DNA of 64,000 nucleotides from the NCBI GenBank assembly GCA_963775425.1, contig CAVZJB010000008.1:128001-192000 (forward strand), in the 5' to 3' direction. The position numbers and the translations under genes were made by a program. Each line of letters starts with the position of its first letter. Positions within the stretch are counted from its first letter, which is position 1. Shown here one piece after another: positions 9,241 through 18,464 of this stretch. Under the pieces are notes generated by a model. It did no database searches, was not told where the DNA came from, and saw nothing but the letters and a program-made list of their open reading frames with translations. Origin of the DNA: an uncultured delta proteobacterium (GTDB taxonomy: Bacteria > Myxococcota > UBA727 > VGSZ01).

Positions 9241-9888
9241 ATGACGACGCTGCACGCGCTTCGACACGTCTCGTCCGCGGTCCGCCACGCAGACGCGCTC
9301 GCCGACGAGGCGCAGGACCTCGGCTGCAAGGAGATCGCGGCCCGGCTGCGGGAGCGCGCGCGCAGCGTCTCCGCGGACCTCGACGCCGCCATCCAGGCCA
9401 TCGAGGAGATCGATCCGGCGCGCGCGGCGCGCGAGCGCTGCCACGGTGTTTTGACGTCGGTGTACGCCGACGCCACGCTGCAGCTCGAGCGCGTGCTGCC
9501 GCCCGAGGAGGCCTCGCGGCTGTCGCCGGGCGGCCACCTCGACGTCAGCGAGCGCGTGCGCTTCCGCCTGCGCCGCATGCCCGACGACGCCTTGGACGCC
9601 GTCCTCGACGTCAAGGCGCTCCTCGACCGGGCGCTGTTCACCTACGACGCCGCCGTCGACGGCTACCTCGCCGCCTGCGCCGACGCCCAGTCCAAGAAGG
9701 ACCGCGCCGTCATCAAGAGCCAGGCCCTGCGCGTGGAGCTCGAGCGCGCCAAGCACACGCTGCTCGTGCGCGCCGATCCCGACGGCGACGCCTGGCGCCG
9801 CATCAAGCGCCGCACCGTCCGCACCAAGCGCGCGCGCTGGCTCGACGAGGCCCGCGCCCAGCGCCTGCTCGCCCTCGCCTCTTCGTGA
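9241..9888 (+). CDS. Hypothetical alpha-helical protein
   Basis: 215-aa ORF, GGAGG RBS, coding-like codon usage. Confidence 0.7.
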   Translation: MTTLHALRHVSSAVRHADALADEAQDLGCKEIAARLRERARSVSADLDAAIQAIEEIDPARAARERCHGVLTSVYADATLQLERVLPPEEASRLSPGGHLDVSERVRFRLRRMPDDALDAVLDVKALLDRALFTYDAAVDGYLAACADAQSKKDRAVIKSQALRVELERAKHTLLVRADPDGDAWRRIKRRTVRTKRARWLDEARAQRLLALASS

Positions 9889-9909
9889 TGCTCAGCCTCG
9901 TCGTGACGT

Positions 9910-10824
9910 TCAGCCCGCCGGGCAGACCGACGTGTCCGTGGGGCACGCGGTCGCCGTCGCAGGGTCCGCGCCGCAGAAGCTGAGCCCCGGCACGCACGTG
10001 GCGCCGGGCGTGGCGATGAAGCAGCCGGTGTTGGTGGCGCTGGTGGTGACGTCGCAGGTGCCACCGACGTCGGCGCAGTCGAAGAAGAAGGGCTGGCCGT
10101 CGCTGGCGCCGACAGTGACGAAGCAGCCGAGCAGGAAGCGGCTGCCCGAGCAGGCGCCGGCCGCGGTGACCTGGCCGTCGGCGCAGGCGAATCCGGCGCT
10201 CACGCACGCGGTGCCGTTGCCGGCGCTGTTCACCGCGCAGCCCGCCTGGAAGCCCGCGCAGGGCACGAGGACGTTCTGGGTGGTGTCGTTCGGGTCCTGG
10301 AACAGGCAGGACTGGCCGGCGGGGCGCAGGCAGTCCACGCCGTACTCGGGCGTCACCTGGCCGCACTGGGTGCCCGCGGGGAAGCCGAGCGCGCTGTCCG
10401 AGCAGTCCTGGGTCTGGAGCGTGTTCGTCGTCGTGTCGCAGAACTCCACGGTGTTGCCCGTGCACTGGCCCTGCACCGTGACGGTGCCGCAGCCCGGCGG
10501 CTCGCCTTCGCCTTCGCCCTCGCCCTCGCCGGGGCCGACGTCGCCCTCGCCCTCGCCCTCGCCCTCGCCGGGGTTCACGTCGCCTTCGCCCTCGCCTTCG
10601 CCGGTGTTGCTGTCGCGGACGCAGTCCCCGTCCTGGCAGACGTGGCCGACGTCGCAGTCGCGATCGTTCTCACACTCGACGCACGCGCCGTCGACGCAGA
10701 TCTTGCTCCCGTGGCAGTCGCCGTCGGAGGAGCAGCCGGCGCCGCCGAGGTTCAACAGATCGAGGCTGCACGCAGGGAGGACGCAGACGCCGGCGACGGC
10801 GGCGAGGACGAGAGAGGTCTTCAT
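9910..10824 (-). CDS. Cys-rich acidic lipoprotein with internal (GE)n tracts, paralog 1
   Basis: Signal peptide + LPAC lipobox; N-terminal CxxDxDC repeats; three GEGEGEGEG blocks; shared Cys-rich domain. Confidence 0.85.
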   Translation of the reverse strand: MKTSLVLAAVAGVCVLPACSLDLLNLGGAGCSSDGDCHGSKICVDGACVECENDRDCDVGHVCQDGDCVRDSNTGEGEGEGDVNPGEGEGEGEGDVGPGEGEGEGEGEPPGCGTVTVQGQCTGNTVEFCDTTTNTLQTQDCSDSALGFPAGTQCGQVTPEYGVDCLRPAGQSCLFQDPNDTTQNVLVPCAGFQAGCAVNSAGNGTACVSAGFACADGQVTAAGACSGSRFLLGCFVTVGASDGQPFFFDCADVGGTCDVTTSATNTGCFIATPGATCVPGLSFCGADPATATACPTDTSVCPAG

Positions 10825-10914
10825 GCGCGCTGTGTCGCACGCTCGTCGACGAAGGAAACCGGGCGCTGTGAGAGCTGGATCACTCGAAGAGCGGCTCCCT
10901 CGCGGCGGCGCGCT

Positions 10915-11664
10915 TCACTCGCCTTCGCCTTCGCCCTCGCCCTCGCCCTCGCCTTCGCCTTCGCCTTCGCCTTCGCTCGGGCACACGCCGCTGGCGGGGC
11001 AGCCGACGACGTCGTTTTCGCGGCCGCACAGCGTGAGCCCGGGCGTGCACGCCGCCCCGAACGGCGAGACGCAGCCGACGCCGGAGACGCAGGCGGCGTC
11101 GAAGGCGTCGCAGTCCTGGAACAGCGGCTGCCCGTCGACGGAGCCCGAGCCGGCCACGATCCCGTGGCACTCGAGCACGTACGAGGCGTTGTTTTGCCCG
11201 GAGCAGCCGAGGGTGTCCGCCGCGCCGCAGGTGAAGCTCCCCTCGACGCACTCGAAGGTCCCGACGCCCGTGTGCTCGCAGCCCGCGTCCGCGCCCTGGC
11301 AGAAGCCGAAGAAGCCGTCGTTGCCGCTGCCGACGGCGCAGCTCCCGCCCGCGGGCAGCGCACAATCGGCGCCCCAATTTCCGTTGATCTCCTGGCACCG
11401 AGCGCCGGTGCCCGTGTAGTCGGCGAGGTCGCCGGTGCCGCGGCAGTTCTGGGTGACGAGGACCTCGGCGAGGCACACCTGCACGACGTCGCCGGTGCAC
11501 GCCCCCTGCGTGGTGACGTCGCCGCACGTGGGCGCGGGGTCGCCCTCGCCCTCGCCCTCGCCTTCGCCCTCACCCTCCCCTTCGCCCTCGCCTTCGCCGG
11601 GGCAAGCCCCACCGGCGATGACGAGCGCGGCGACAAGACCACACGACAGGAAACCACGAAGCAT
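10915..11664 (-). CDS. Cys-rich acidic lipoprotein with N- and C-terminal (GE)n tracts, paralog 2
   Basis: MLRGFLSCGLVAALVIAGGAC then PGEGEG; shared Cys domain; ends in (GE)n. Confidence 0.85.
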   Translation of the reverse strand: MLRGFLSCGLVAALVIAGGACPGEGEGEGEGEGEGEGEGEGDPAPTCGDVTTQGACTGDVVQVCLAEVLVTQNCRGTGDLADYTGTGARCQEINGNWGADCALPAGGSCAVGSGNDGFFGFCQGADAGCEHTGVGTFECVEGSFTCGAADTLGCSGQNNASYVLECHGIVAGSGSVDGQPLFQDCDAFDAACVSGVGCVSPFGAACTPGLTLCGRENDVVGCPASGVCPSEGEGEGEGEGEGEGEGEGE

Positions 11665-11773
11665 CTGCGACACCCCCGGCCCGCGAGAGACGCAGTCTAG
11701 CGCGCCCGAAAACCGATTGCCGACCGCCCGGGCGCTCGCTGAACGCCCGCGGCGAAGGACGGCCCGGACAAGC

Positions 11774-11795
11774 AAAGGGCCCCTCGCGGGGCCCT
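11774..11795 (-). terminator. Probable intrinsic terminator after paralog 3
   Basis: AGGGCCCC-GCGA-GGGGCCCT-TT on the minus strand. Confidence 0.55.
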
Positions 11796-11820
11796 GTGCG
11801 CTCACGAATGCGTCAGGCGC

Positions 11821-12612
11821 TCACTCGCCTTCGCCTTCGCCTTCACCCTCGCCTTCGCCTTCGCCCTCGCCCTCGCCCTCGCCTTCGCCTTCGCCCTCAC
11901 CGGCGCTGTCGGGGCAGGTGCCGGTGTCGGGGCAGGCCACGGCGTCGTTGGCGTCGGTGCCGCAGGCGGTGACGCCAGGCGTGCAGGTCTGGGTGAAGGG
12001 CACGAGGCAGCCGACGGTGTCCGTGCAGGTGGAGCCGGCGAAGTCCGCGCAGTCCACGAGGAAGGGCATGCCGGTGCCGGCGTTGGTGGTCACGAAGCAG
12101 CCGAGCTGGAACGTGGTGCCGATGCAGGTGCCGTCATCGGTCTGCGTGCAGGCCGTAGCGTTGCCGACGCAGCTGAAGCTCGCGTCAGCGCCCTGCTTGC
12201 AGCCGGCGGTGTCGCCGCCCTCGCACAGGAGGTCGACCTCGTTGTCCGCGCCGCCGTTGAGCACGCAGGTGTCGCCGGCGGGCGCCACGCAGTCGACGCC
12301 GTAGTCGGGGTTCACTTCCTGGCAGGTGGCCTGGCTGCCGGTGAGGTCACCCTCGTCGCCGGTGCCCTGGCAGTCCTGCACGACGAGGCTGCCCTGGAGG
12401 CAGAACTTGAGGGTGTTGCCCTCGCAGACGCCGGCGAGGTCGATGGTGCCGCAGCCCGTGTCGCCTTCGCCCTCGCCCTCGCCCTCACCTTCGCCTTCGC
12501 CTTCGCCTTCGCCTTCGCCTTCGCCCTCCGAGGGCGGACAACCGGTCGCCGTAAAGATCGCGAGCCCGAAGGTGGTGGTCAGAAGAGCGGTCAAAAGTGC
12601 AGGGCGAAGCAT
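11821..12612 (-). CDS. Cys-rich acidic lipoprotein with N- and C-terminal (GE)n tracts, paralog 3
   Basis: MLRPALL...FTATGC lipobox; GGAGG RBS; shared Cys domain; ends in (GE)n. Confidence 0.87.
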   Translation of the reverse strand: MLRPALLTALLTTTFGLAIFTATGCPPSEGEGEGEGEGEGEGEGEGEGEGDTGCGTIDLAGVCEGNTLKFCLQGSLVVQDCQGTGDEGDLTGSQATCQEVNPDYGVDCVAPAGDTCVLNGGADNEVDLLCEGGDTAGCKQGADASFSCVGNATACTQTDDGTCIGTTFQLGCFVTTNAGTGMPFLVDCADFAGSTCTDTVGCLVPFTQTCTPGVTACGTDANDAVACPDTGTCPDSAGEGEGEGEGEGEGEGEGEGEGEGEGE

Positions 12613-12695
12613 GTGGGAGGCCTCCAATGGAGGGCTTCCTAACCCGCGATCTGGCGTTCGTCACGGACAATTCGCCCCGGGTCGGTCAAAAGACC

Positions 12696-13406
12696 TTACT
12701 CCCCTTCGCCCTCTCCTTCGCCTTCGCCCTCGCCTTCGCCTTCGCCGGCGGCGGCGGGGCAGGCGCCGTCGGCGGGGCAGGCGGTCGGGGCGTCGGGGTC
12801 GCCGCACTGGGTGAAGCCCGGGGTGCACGGCGCCTCGGGCTCCGCGATGCAGCCCCCGGGGGCCTGGCAGCTGGCGCCGAAGGAGGCGCAGTCGATGAGC
12901 GTGGGCTGCCCGGGGGTGTCGCCGGTGTCGCCGAGGCAGGTCTTCACGGCGCGATCGCCGATGCACTGGAAGTCGCTGGTGCAGCCCTCGTTGATCTGGA
13001 GGCAGAAGCCCGCGGTCGTCGACGTGATGACGCACGCGAAGCCGTCGCCGGCGCAGGGCAGGGCGCCGTCGGCGGCGTCGAAGCAGGAGGCGTCGGTGGG
13101 GACGCCGCAGTCGACGCCGTGGGCGTCGTTGACCACGAAGCACTGGGCGTCGTCGCGGACCGCGGCGCAGTCGAACTCGATGACGCCGCCGTCGGCGCAG
13201 AAGGACCCCGACGTCGCCGAGGTGCAGCTCCCTTGATCGGTCACGGCGCCGCAGGTGCCGTCGCCCTCGCCCTCGCCCTCGCCCTCGCCGGCGTCGCCCT
13301 CGCCCTCGCCCTCGCCGGCGTCGCCCTCGCCCTCGCCCTCGCCGCCTGGGGTCGGTGGGCACGCGGCGGCGAGCATGGTGACGACGAGGACGCAGAGGAG
13401 GCGCAT
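12696..13406 (-). CDS. Cys-rich acidic lipoprotein with N- and C-terminal (GE)n tracts, paralog 4
   Basis: MRLLCVLVVTMLAAAC lipobox; GEGEGEGDA blocks; TAACCT hexamer 7 nt upstream. Confidence 0.85.
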   Translation of the reverse strand: MRLLCVLVVTMLAAACPPTPGGEGEGEGDAGEGEGEGDAGEGEGEGEGDGTCGAVTDQGSCTSATSGSFCADGGVIEFDCAAVRDDAQCFVVNDAHGVDCGVPTDASCFDAADGALPCAGDGFACVITSTTAGFCLQINEGCTSDFQCIGDRAVKTCLGDTGDTPGQPTLIDCASFGASCQAPGGCIAEPEAPCTPGFTQCGDPDAPTACPADGACPAAAGEGEGEGEGEGEGEGE

Positions 13407-13485
13407 GCCGGGGAGGTTAGCCCCTTGCCCGACGGCGCGCGAATCGGCATCACGCCACATTCCACCGTTTTCCAAGAGGGCAGAG

Positions 13486-14382
13486 ATGGCTGAGATCACG
13501 GCGTCGATGGTGAAGGAGCTCCGCGAAAAGACCAACGCGGGGATGATGGACTGTAAGAAGGCGCTCACGGCCACGGAGGGCAACTTCGAAGCCGCCGTGA
13601 ACTGGCTGCGCGAAAAGGGGCTCGCCGCCGTCGCCAAGAAGGCGGGGCGTGTGGCGGCCGAAGGGCTCGTCGGCGTGGTCAACGACGGCGGCGTCGCGGC
13701 CATGGTGGAGGTGAACTGCGAGACGGACTTCGTCGCCAAGAACCCCGAGTTCCAGGCGTTCGTCTCCGACCTCGCGGGCGCGGTGGCCAAGGCGGCCCCG
13801 AAGGACCTCGCGTCGTTCCAGGAAAAGGAGAAGGACAAGCTCGCCGAGAAGATCGCCAAGATCGGCGAGAACATGACCATCCGCCGCTTCGCGCGGGCGG
13901 AGGGCGTGCTCGGCAGCTACGTGCACATGGGTGGCAGCATCGGCGTCATCGTCGAGCTCGACGTCAAGGACGCCGACAAGGCGGCCTCGGAGACCGTCAA
14001 GCAGCTCGCCCGCGACATCGCCATGCAGGTGGCGGCGTCGAGCCCGCAGTGGCTGCGCCGGGACGAGGCCGACCCGAAGATCCTCGACAACGAGCGGGCG
14101 GTGGCGCGCGAGAAGGCCAAGCAGGACGGCAAGCCCGAGAAGATCCTCGACAAGATCGTCGAGGGGCAGGTGAACAAGTTCCTCCAGGAGAACTGCCTGC
14201 TCGAGCAGGCCTTCGTGAAGGACGACAAGCTCACCGTGCAAAAGCACGTCGACAAGCAGGCCAAGGAGCTCGGCACCACCATCGCGGTGAAGGCCATGCA
14301 CCGCTTCAAGGTCGGCGAGGGCATCGAGAAGAAGGCCGACGACTTCGCGGCTGAAGTCGCGAAGATGGCTGGTACAAACTGA
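13486..14382 (+). CDS. tsf: Translation elongation factor Ts
   Basis: MAEITASMVKELREKTNAGMMDCKKAL and EVNCETDFVAKN signatures. Confidence 0.98.
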   Translation: MAEITASMVKELREKTNAGMMDCKKALTATEGNFEAAVNWLREKGLAAVAKKAGRVAAEGLVGVVNDGGVAAMVEVNCETDFVAKNPEFQAFVSDLAGAVAKAAPKDLASFQEKEKDKLAEKIAKIGENMTIRRFARAEGVLGSYVHMGGSIGVIVELDVKDADKAASETVKQLARDIAMQVAASSPQWLRRDEADPKILDNERAVAREKAKQDGKPEKILDKIVEGQVNKFLQENCLLEQAFVKDDKLTVQKHVDKQAKELGTTIAVKAMHRFKVGEGIEKKADDFAAEVAKMAGTN

Positions 14383-14386
14383 CGGC

Positions 14387-15676
14387 GTGACCCCGCTGCT
14401 CCTCGCCCTCGCCCTCGCCTCCCCTCCCGGGGACGCCGGCGCGGGCGGGGCGCCGCCCTACGCGGACGCGGCGCGCGCGGCCGCTGGCGGCTCGTCGTCG
14501 TCGTCGTCGCCGCCGTCGCCGGCGCCGTCGTCGGCGCCGCCAGGAGCGGGCGACGAGGTCATCCCGCCGGCGCGGCTGGTGTACGTCCCGGGCCGGTTCG
14601 CCGGCGTGTGCCCCACCGAGGTCGAGGTGCAAGAGGGCGTGACCCGGCGCCTCGGACGCTCCCCGTTTTCCGAGCCCGCCGAGCGCGTCATCGTGCTCGC
14701 CCTCGAGGGCGACGCACACGCCGCGCGCCAACACCACGCGAACGGCGACGCCGTCGAGGGGGCAGACGGCGACGGCGACCGTGGCGGCGACCGTGGCGGC
14801 GGCGACGGCGGCGTTGGCGACGGCCGCGCCACGGACGGCGACCGTGGCGGCGTCGGCGAGACGCCCGCCCGCGCGCGCACCGAGATGTTCGACGCGGAGA
14901 TGACCAGCCTCGGGGCGCGCACCCTCGAGTCAAGCGACGGCTGCCGCGATCTCGTCGAGGCCGCCGAGCTCGCGATCTCCATCGCCCTCGCCCCCGGGCT
15001 TGCGCTCGCGCCGCCGCCGGAGCTGCCCAAGCCCATCGAGCCTCGCGGCGACCCCCCGCCCGCGCCCGCGGCGGCCCCGGACACGACGCCGGCGGCCGCT
15101 CCCTCCGATCGCTCGAACGCAGGCGCGCACGCGTGGCTGCCCGAGGGCGCCAGGCTCATGCTCGGCATCGGCCTCAACGCGTCGTTGCTCCTCGGGCCCG
15201 AGTCGGCGGCGGGGGCGAACGTGAGCGCCGCGCTCCGCTTCGACCAGCTGGAGGTGCGCCTCGAGCGACGCGAGCACGTGCCCGGCCTGGACACGCTGCT
15301 CCCCGCCGGGCCCGTGCTCCACGGGGCCGGCGTCTACACCCTGGCGGGCTGCGGGCACCTGCCGCTCTTCGCGCTCGTCGGCGACGGCGACCGCACGGAG
15401 CTCAGCGCGTGCGCGACGGCGTCGGCGGGCTCGGTCTGGGGCATCGGCAACATCACCAACGTCGGCCCCTACGTCGGCGGCTCCCCCTACGCCGGCGCCG
15501 GCGGCCGCGTCGCCGCAGGCTGGAGCGGCAAGGACCTGACGTCGCTGCGCCTGTGGACGCAGGTGGAGGCGAACCTCGTGGAGCCGCAGTTCGCGGTGTT
15601 GAACGGCACGCCCCCCTGGAAGCAGGACGCGCCGGTGAACGTCACCTTCGGCGTCACCTACGAGATCCCGTACTGA
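14387..15676 (+). CDS. Secreted/outer-membrane hypothetical protein of a type seen next to myxobacterial ECF cassettes
   Basis: Signal peptide; CP..EV..GV.RRLG and C.DL..A..LAI.IAL motifs; Pro-rich linker; beta-rich C-terminus ending in an aromatic residue. Confidence 0.6.
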   Translation: MTPLLLALALASPPGDAGAGGAPPYADAARAAAGGSSSSSSPPSPAPSSAPPGAGDEVIPPARLVYVPGRFAGVCPTEVEVQEGVTRRLGRSPFSEPAERVIVLALEGDAHAARQHHANGDAVEGADGDGDRGGDRGGGDGGVGDGRATDGDRGGVGETPARARTEMFDAEMTSLGARTLESSDGCRDLVEAAELAISIALAPGLALAPPPELPKPIEPRGDPPPAPAAAPDTTPAAAPSDRSNAGAHAWLPEGARLMLGIGLNASLLLGPESAAGANVSAALRFDQLEVRLERREHVPGLDTLLPAGPVLHGAGVYTLAGCGHLPLFALVGDGDRTELSACATASAGSVWGIGNITNVGPYVGGSPYAGAGGRVAAGWSGKDLTSLRLWTQVEANLVEPQFAVLNGTPPWKQDAPVNVTFGVTYEIPY

Positions 15677-15726
15677 GCGGATGACCCGGGCGTTCGTCGC
15701 CGGACCCGGCGACCCGATCGAGCGCG

Positions 15727-15836
15727 GCCGCTCCCTCCGGTCGCCGATCAGCGCGCGGCCGCTCCCTCCGGTCGCCGATCAGCGCCGCTCCCTCCGGTCG
15801 CCGATCGAGCGCGGCCGCTCCCTCCGGTCGCCGATC
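15727..15836. repeat. Four tandem copies of GCCGCTCCCTCCGGTCGCCGATC
   Basis: Copies start at 15727, 15758, 15784 and 15814 with 3-8-nt linkers, between convergent stop codons. Confidence 0.9.
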
Positions 15837-15841
15837 AGCGC

Positions 15842-16714
15842 TTAGCGGGAGAGCGCCGCGTCCACGGCGCCGAGGAACAGGCTCGCGGGGTAGCGCTCGT
15901 GGAACGCGTCCGCGGTCTTGTGCGCCTCCGCCGTGCGGCCGAGCTTGGCCAGGGCCATCACCGTCAGCGCCTCGCGCTCCTCGACGAGCGCGCCGTTCGG
16001 ATAGCGCCTGCGGTGGGCCTCGAGCGCGATCAGGGCGGCCCCGCCGTCGCCGCGGCCGACGGCGGCGCGCGCGTCGTCGAGGATGGTGCGCTCGCCGGCG
16101 AGCCGCGCGGCCTTCTCGGCGGGCGTCTCCACGGCCGCGGGCGCCGCGGCGTGCGTGAGGCCTTCGGTGCCGTCGCCCCCGTCGCCCACCTCGGAGGGCG
16201 CGGGGCGCGTGTGCCGCGTGGCGACGTGGCGGGGTTGCGGCTCCGGCACCGGCTCCGGCTTGTTGCCGAGGACGGAAGGGTCGAACGCCGACGCCGTGGC
16301 CGCCGCGGGATCGTCGACGACGACGGCCGCCGGCTTGCGGTCGTCGTCGTCGCGCTGCGCGAGGTAGACGCCGGTGCCCGCGGTGCCGGCCATGGCGGCG
16401 ACGAGGGCGAAGGCCAGGCCCTTGGCGAGCGCGCCGCCGGTGGCGGTCACCGCGGCCCCGCTCGCTGCGCCCGCAGCGCCTCCCGCGACGGCGCCTCCTG
16501 CGACGGCGCCTCCCCCGGCGGCGGCGGACGTCGCGCCGGCGGCGCCCTTGGCGGCGAGCGCGGCCTTGCCGGCGCCCGCCCCCGTGAGGCCGACGCCGAT
16601 GGAGGCGGCGAGCGCGGCGTGGACGCGCTCCTTGGCGCCCGCCGGCGGGCCGTCGCGGCGGCGCTCGGCGTCGAAGAGGTCGCGCAGATCGGGGGACAGC
16701 TCGTCGTCGATCAC
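15842..16714 (-). CDS. Putative membrane-anchored anti-sigma factor with C-terminal TPR-like helices
   Basis: Overlaps the ECF stop codon; Ala/Gly-rich N-terminus, one TM segment, C-terminal YP.G.L.EERE.L..L..LGR..EA motif. Confidence 0.7.
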   Translation of the reverse strand: MIDDELSPDLRDLFDAERRRDGPPAGAKERVHAALAASIGVGLTGAGAGKAALAAKGAAGATSAAAGGGAVAGGAVAGGAAGAASGAAVTATGGALAKGLAFALVAAMAGTAGTGVYLAQRDDDDRKPAAVVVDDPAAATASAFDPSVLGNKPEPVPEPQPRHVATRHTRPAPSEVGDGGDGTEGLTHAAAPAAVETPAEKAARLAGERTILDDARAAVGRGDGGAALIALEAHRRRYPNGALVEEREALTVMALAKLGRTAEAHKTADAFHERYPASLFLGAVDAALSR

Positions 16715-17406
16715 GCGAGCCCCCTTCCGTCCGCCGCGTGCAGCGCCTTCACCGCCGCGGCGAAGTCCGCGCGGGCGGCGCGCAGGCGCGCATAGAGGGT
16801 GTTGACGTTCACGGCGAGGGTCGCGCCAATCTCGGGCATCGCGTAGCCCTCGATGTCGTGCAGCACGAGGACGGTGCGGCGATCGAATTCGAGGTGGTCG
16901 AGCGCGCGCAGCACGAGCGCGCGCCGCTCCTTGTCGGAGAGGGCGGTGTCGGCGGAGGGGATGGTGCTTTGCGCTTCCATCTCGACGTCCTCGGTCACCA
17001 CCTCCCGCCGGTGCTGGGCGCGCCGGCGGAACTCGGACGCGACCCGCGCGGCGATGCCGGCGAGCCAGGGTTTGATCGGCCTGTCGGGATCGTAATCCGC
17101 GAGGCGCCGGTGGACGACGAGGAAGACGTCATGGACGGCGTCCTCGAGGTCGCGGTCCCACACGCCGAGGCGCTTCAAGCAGGTCCACACGTAGCCGAAG
17201 CACTGCTCGTACACCTCCGGCAGAGCCGGTCTCGTGGCCGGCCTCGCTGACGCTCCGTCGCGCGCGCCCGGAGCGGGATCTCCGGGCACCGGGGGGCGGG
17301 CGTCGACGGGGCCGCTCGCGGGCGCTGTCTGCACATCCGGGTCTTGGCGCCCGCCCGGCAGATCTGTGTCAGGCGCGCTCGCGCTGGGATCGGCGGGGTC
17401 CCCCAT
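16711..17406 (-). CDS. ECF-family RNA polymerase sigma factor
   Basis: Region 2 DLEDAVHDVFL..WLAGIA and region 4 EIGATLAVNVNTLYARLRAAR. Confidence 0.92.
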   Translation of the reverse strand: MGDPADPSASAPDTDLPGGRQDPDVQTAPASGPVDARPPVPGDPAPGARDGASARPATRPALPEVYEQCFGYVWTCLKRLGVWDRDLEDAVHDVFLVVHRRLADYDPDRPIKPWLAGIAARVASEFRRRAQHRREVVTEDVEMEAQSTIPSADTALSDKERRALVLRALDHLEFDRRTVLVLHDIEGYAMPEIGATLAVNVNTLYARLRAARADFAAAVKALHAADGRGLA

Positions 17407-17497
17407 GGGAGGTCGGACGTAGCAGCCCCGTGCGGCAATCACACGGGGGCACGGATCTGTCCGGGAGGCGCCAACCGCGCTGCAGAACCATGAACCC

Positions 17498-18241
17498 ATG
17501 AGGTCCTGCATGCTGCCCCGCTCCCTGCTGCTCCTGTCCCTCGCGCTGCCGCTCGCCGGCACCACGGCGTGCCGCTACTACGGCTTCGGCCCCGGCGACT
17601 CCGCGGCCTGCCTCGAAGACGACGACGGCGACGGCCTGTCCAACTGCGCCGAGCGGCAGTGCGGGACCGATCCGAACAACCCCGACACCAACGGCGACGG
17701 CATCACCGACGGCAACGAGGACAACGACGGCGACGGCGCCAGCAACCAGGACGAGGTCGACGCCGGCACCGATCCCAACGATCCCTCGAGCTGCCCGACC
17801 CCGTCCGAGGGCGAAGGCGAGGGCGACGCCGCCGGCGAGGGCGAGGGCGAGGGCGACGCCGCCGAAGGCGAGGGCGAAGGCGAAGGCGACACCGGCGCCG
17901 TCGACAGCGACGGCGACGGCCGCACCGACGACCAGGAGGCCGAGCGCGGCACCGATCCGAACAACCCCGACACTGACGGCGACGGCTTCACCGACGGCCA
18001 GGAGTACGACTGCGGCAGCTCGCCCCTCGACCCGTACATCACCTGCCCCGTCACCGACAGCGACGGCGACGGCTTCGCCGACGACGACGAGGTCGCCCGC
18101 GGCACCGACCCCAACAACCCCGACACCGACGGCGACGGCGAGACCGACAAGCAGGAGGTCGACTGCGGCAGCTCGCCCCTCGACCCCTACTTCACCTGCG
18201 AGAACCTGCCGAACCCCGGCCCGAACCCCGGTTGCCCGTAA
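17498..18241 (+). CDS. Lipoprotein with bacterial thrombospondin type-3-like Ca-binding repeats and (GE)n tracts
   Basis: Signal peptide + TTAC; repeated DSDGDG..D..E...GTDPNNPDTDGDG; three GEGEGEGD blocks; start may be 17510. Confidence 0.85.
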   Translation: MRSCMLPRSLLLLSLALPLAGTTACRYYGFGPGDSAACLEDDDGDGLSNCAERQCGTDPNNPDTNGDGITDGNEDNDGDGASNQDEVDAGTDPNDPSSCPTPSEGEGEGDAAGEGEGEGDAAEGEGEGEGDTGAVDSDGDGRTDDQEAERGTDPNNPDTDGDGFTDGQEYDCGSSPLDPYITCPVTDSDGDGFADDDEVARGTDPNNPDTDGDGETDKQEVDCGSSPLDPYFTCENLPNPGPNPGCP

Positions 18242-18464
18242 GGCTGGCGCGCTTCGCGCGGGGCCCTCCGGGCCCCCCACGCGCTTCGCGCGCGGGCCCC
18301 CCCGGCTTGCTGGGGTGCCTTGATGGGCCCGCTCGCGGTGCTCGCGCTCGCGCGAGAGGCGTACGCCCCGCCGAAGATGACGCGGCGCCAACGGCGCGGC
18401 GGAGCCGGCCTCGCAGCGGACTGCGGCGGCCGGCTCCGCCGCGCTCCCTCTTGGGGGCTTGAGC

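Noticed and set aside
12696-13880. Long N-terminal extensions given by the ORF track (e.g. 12696-13880, 23800-25260, 29679-31943, 59917-63249)
   Set aside because: They overlap real neighbouring genes; downstream starts with an RBS, -10 hexamer, signal peptide or stop-start overlap are better supported
15727-15836. Possible mini-CRISPR
   Set aside because: Linkers are only 3-8 nt and similar to each other
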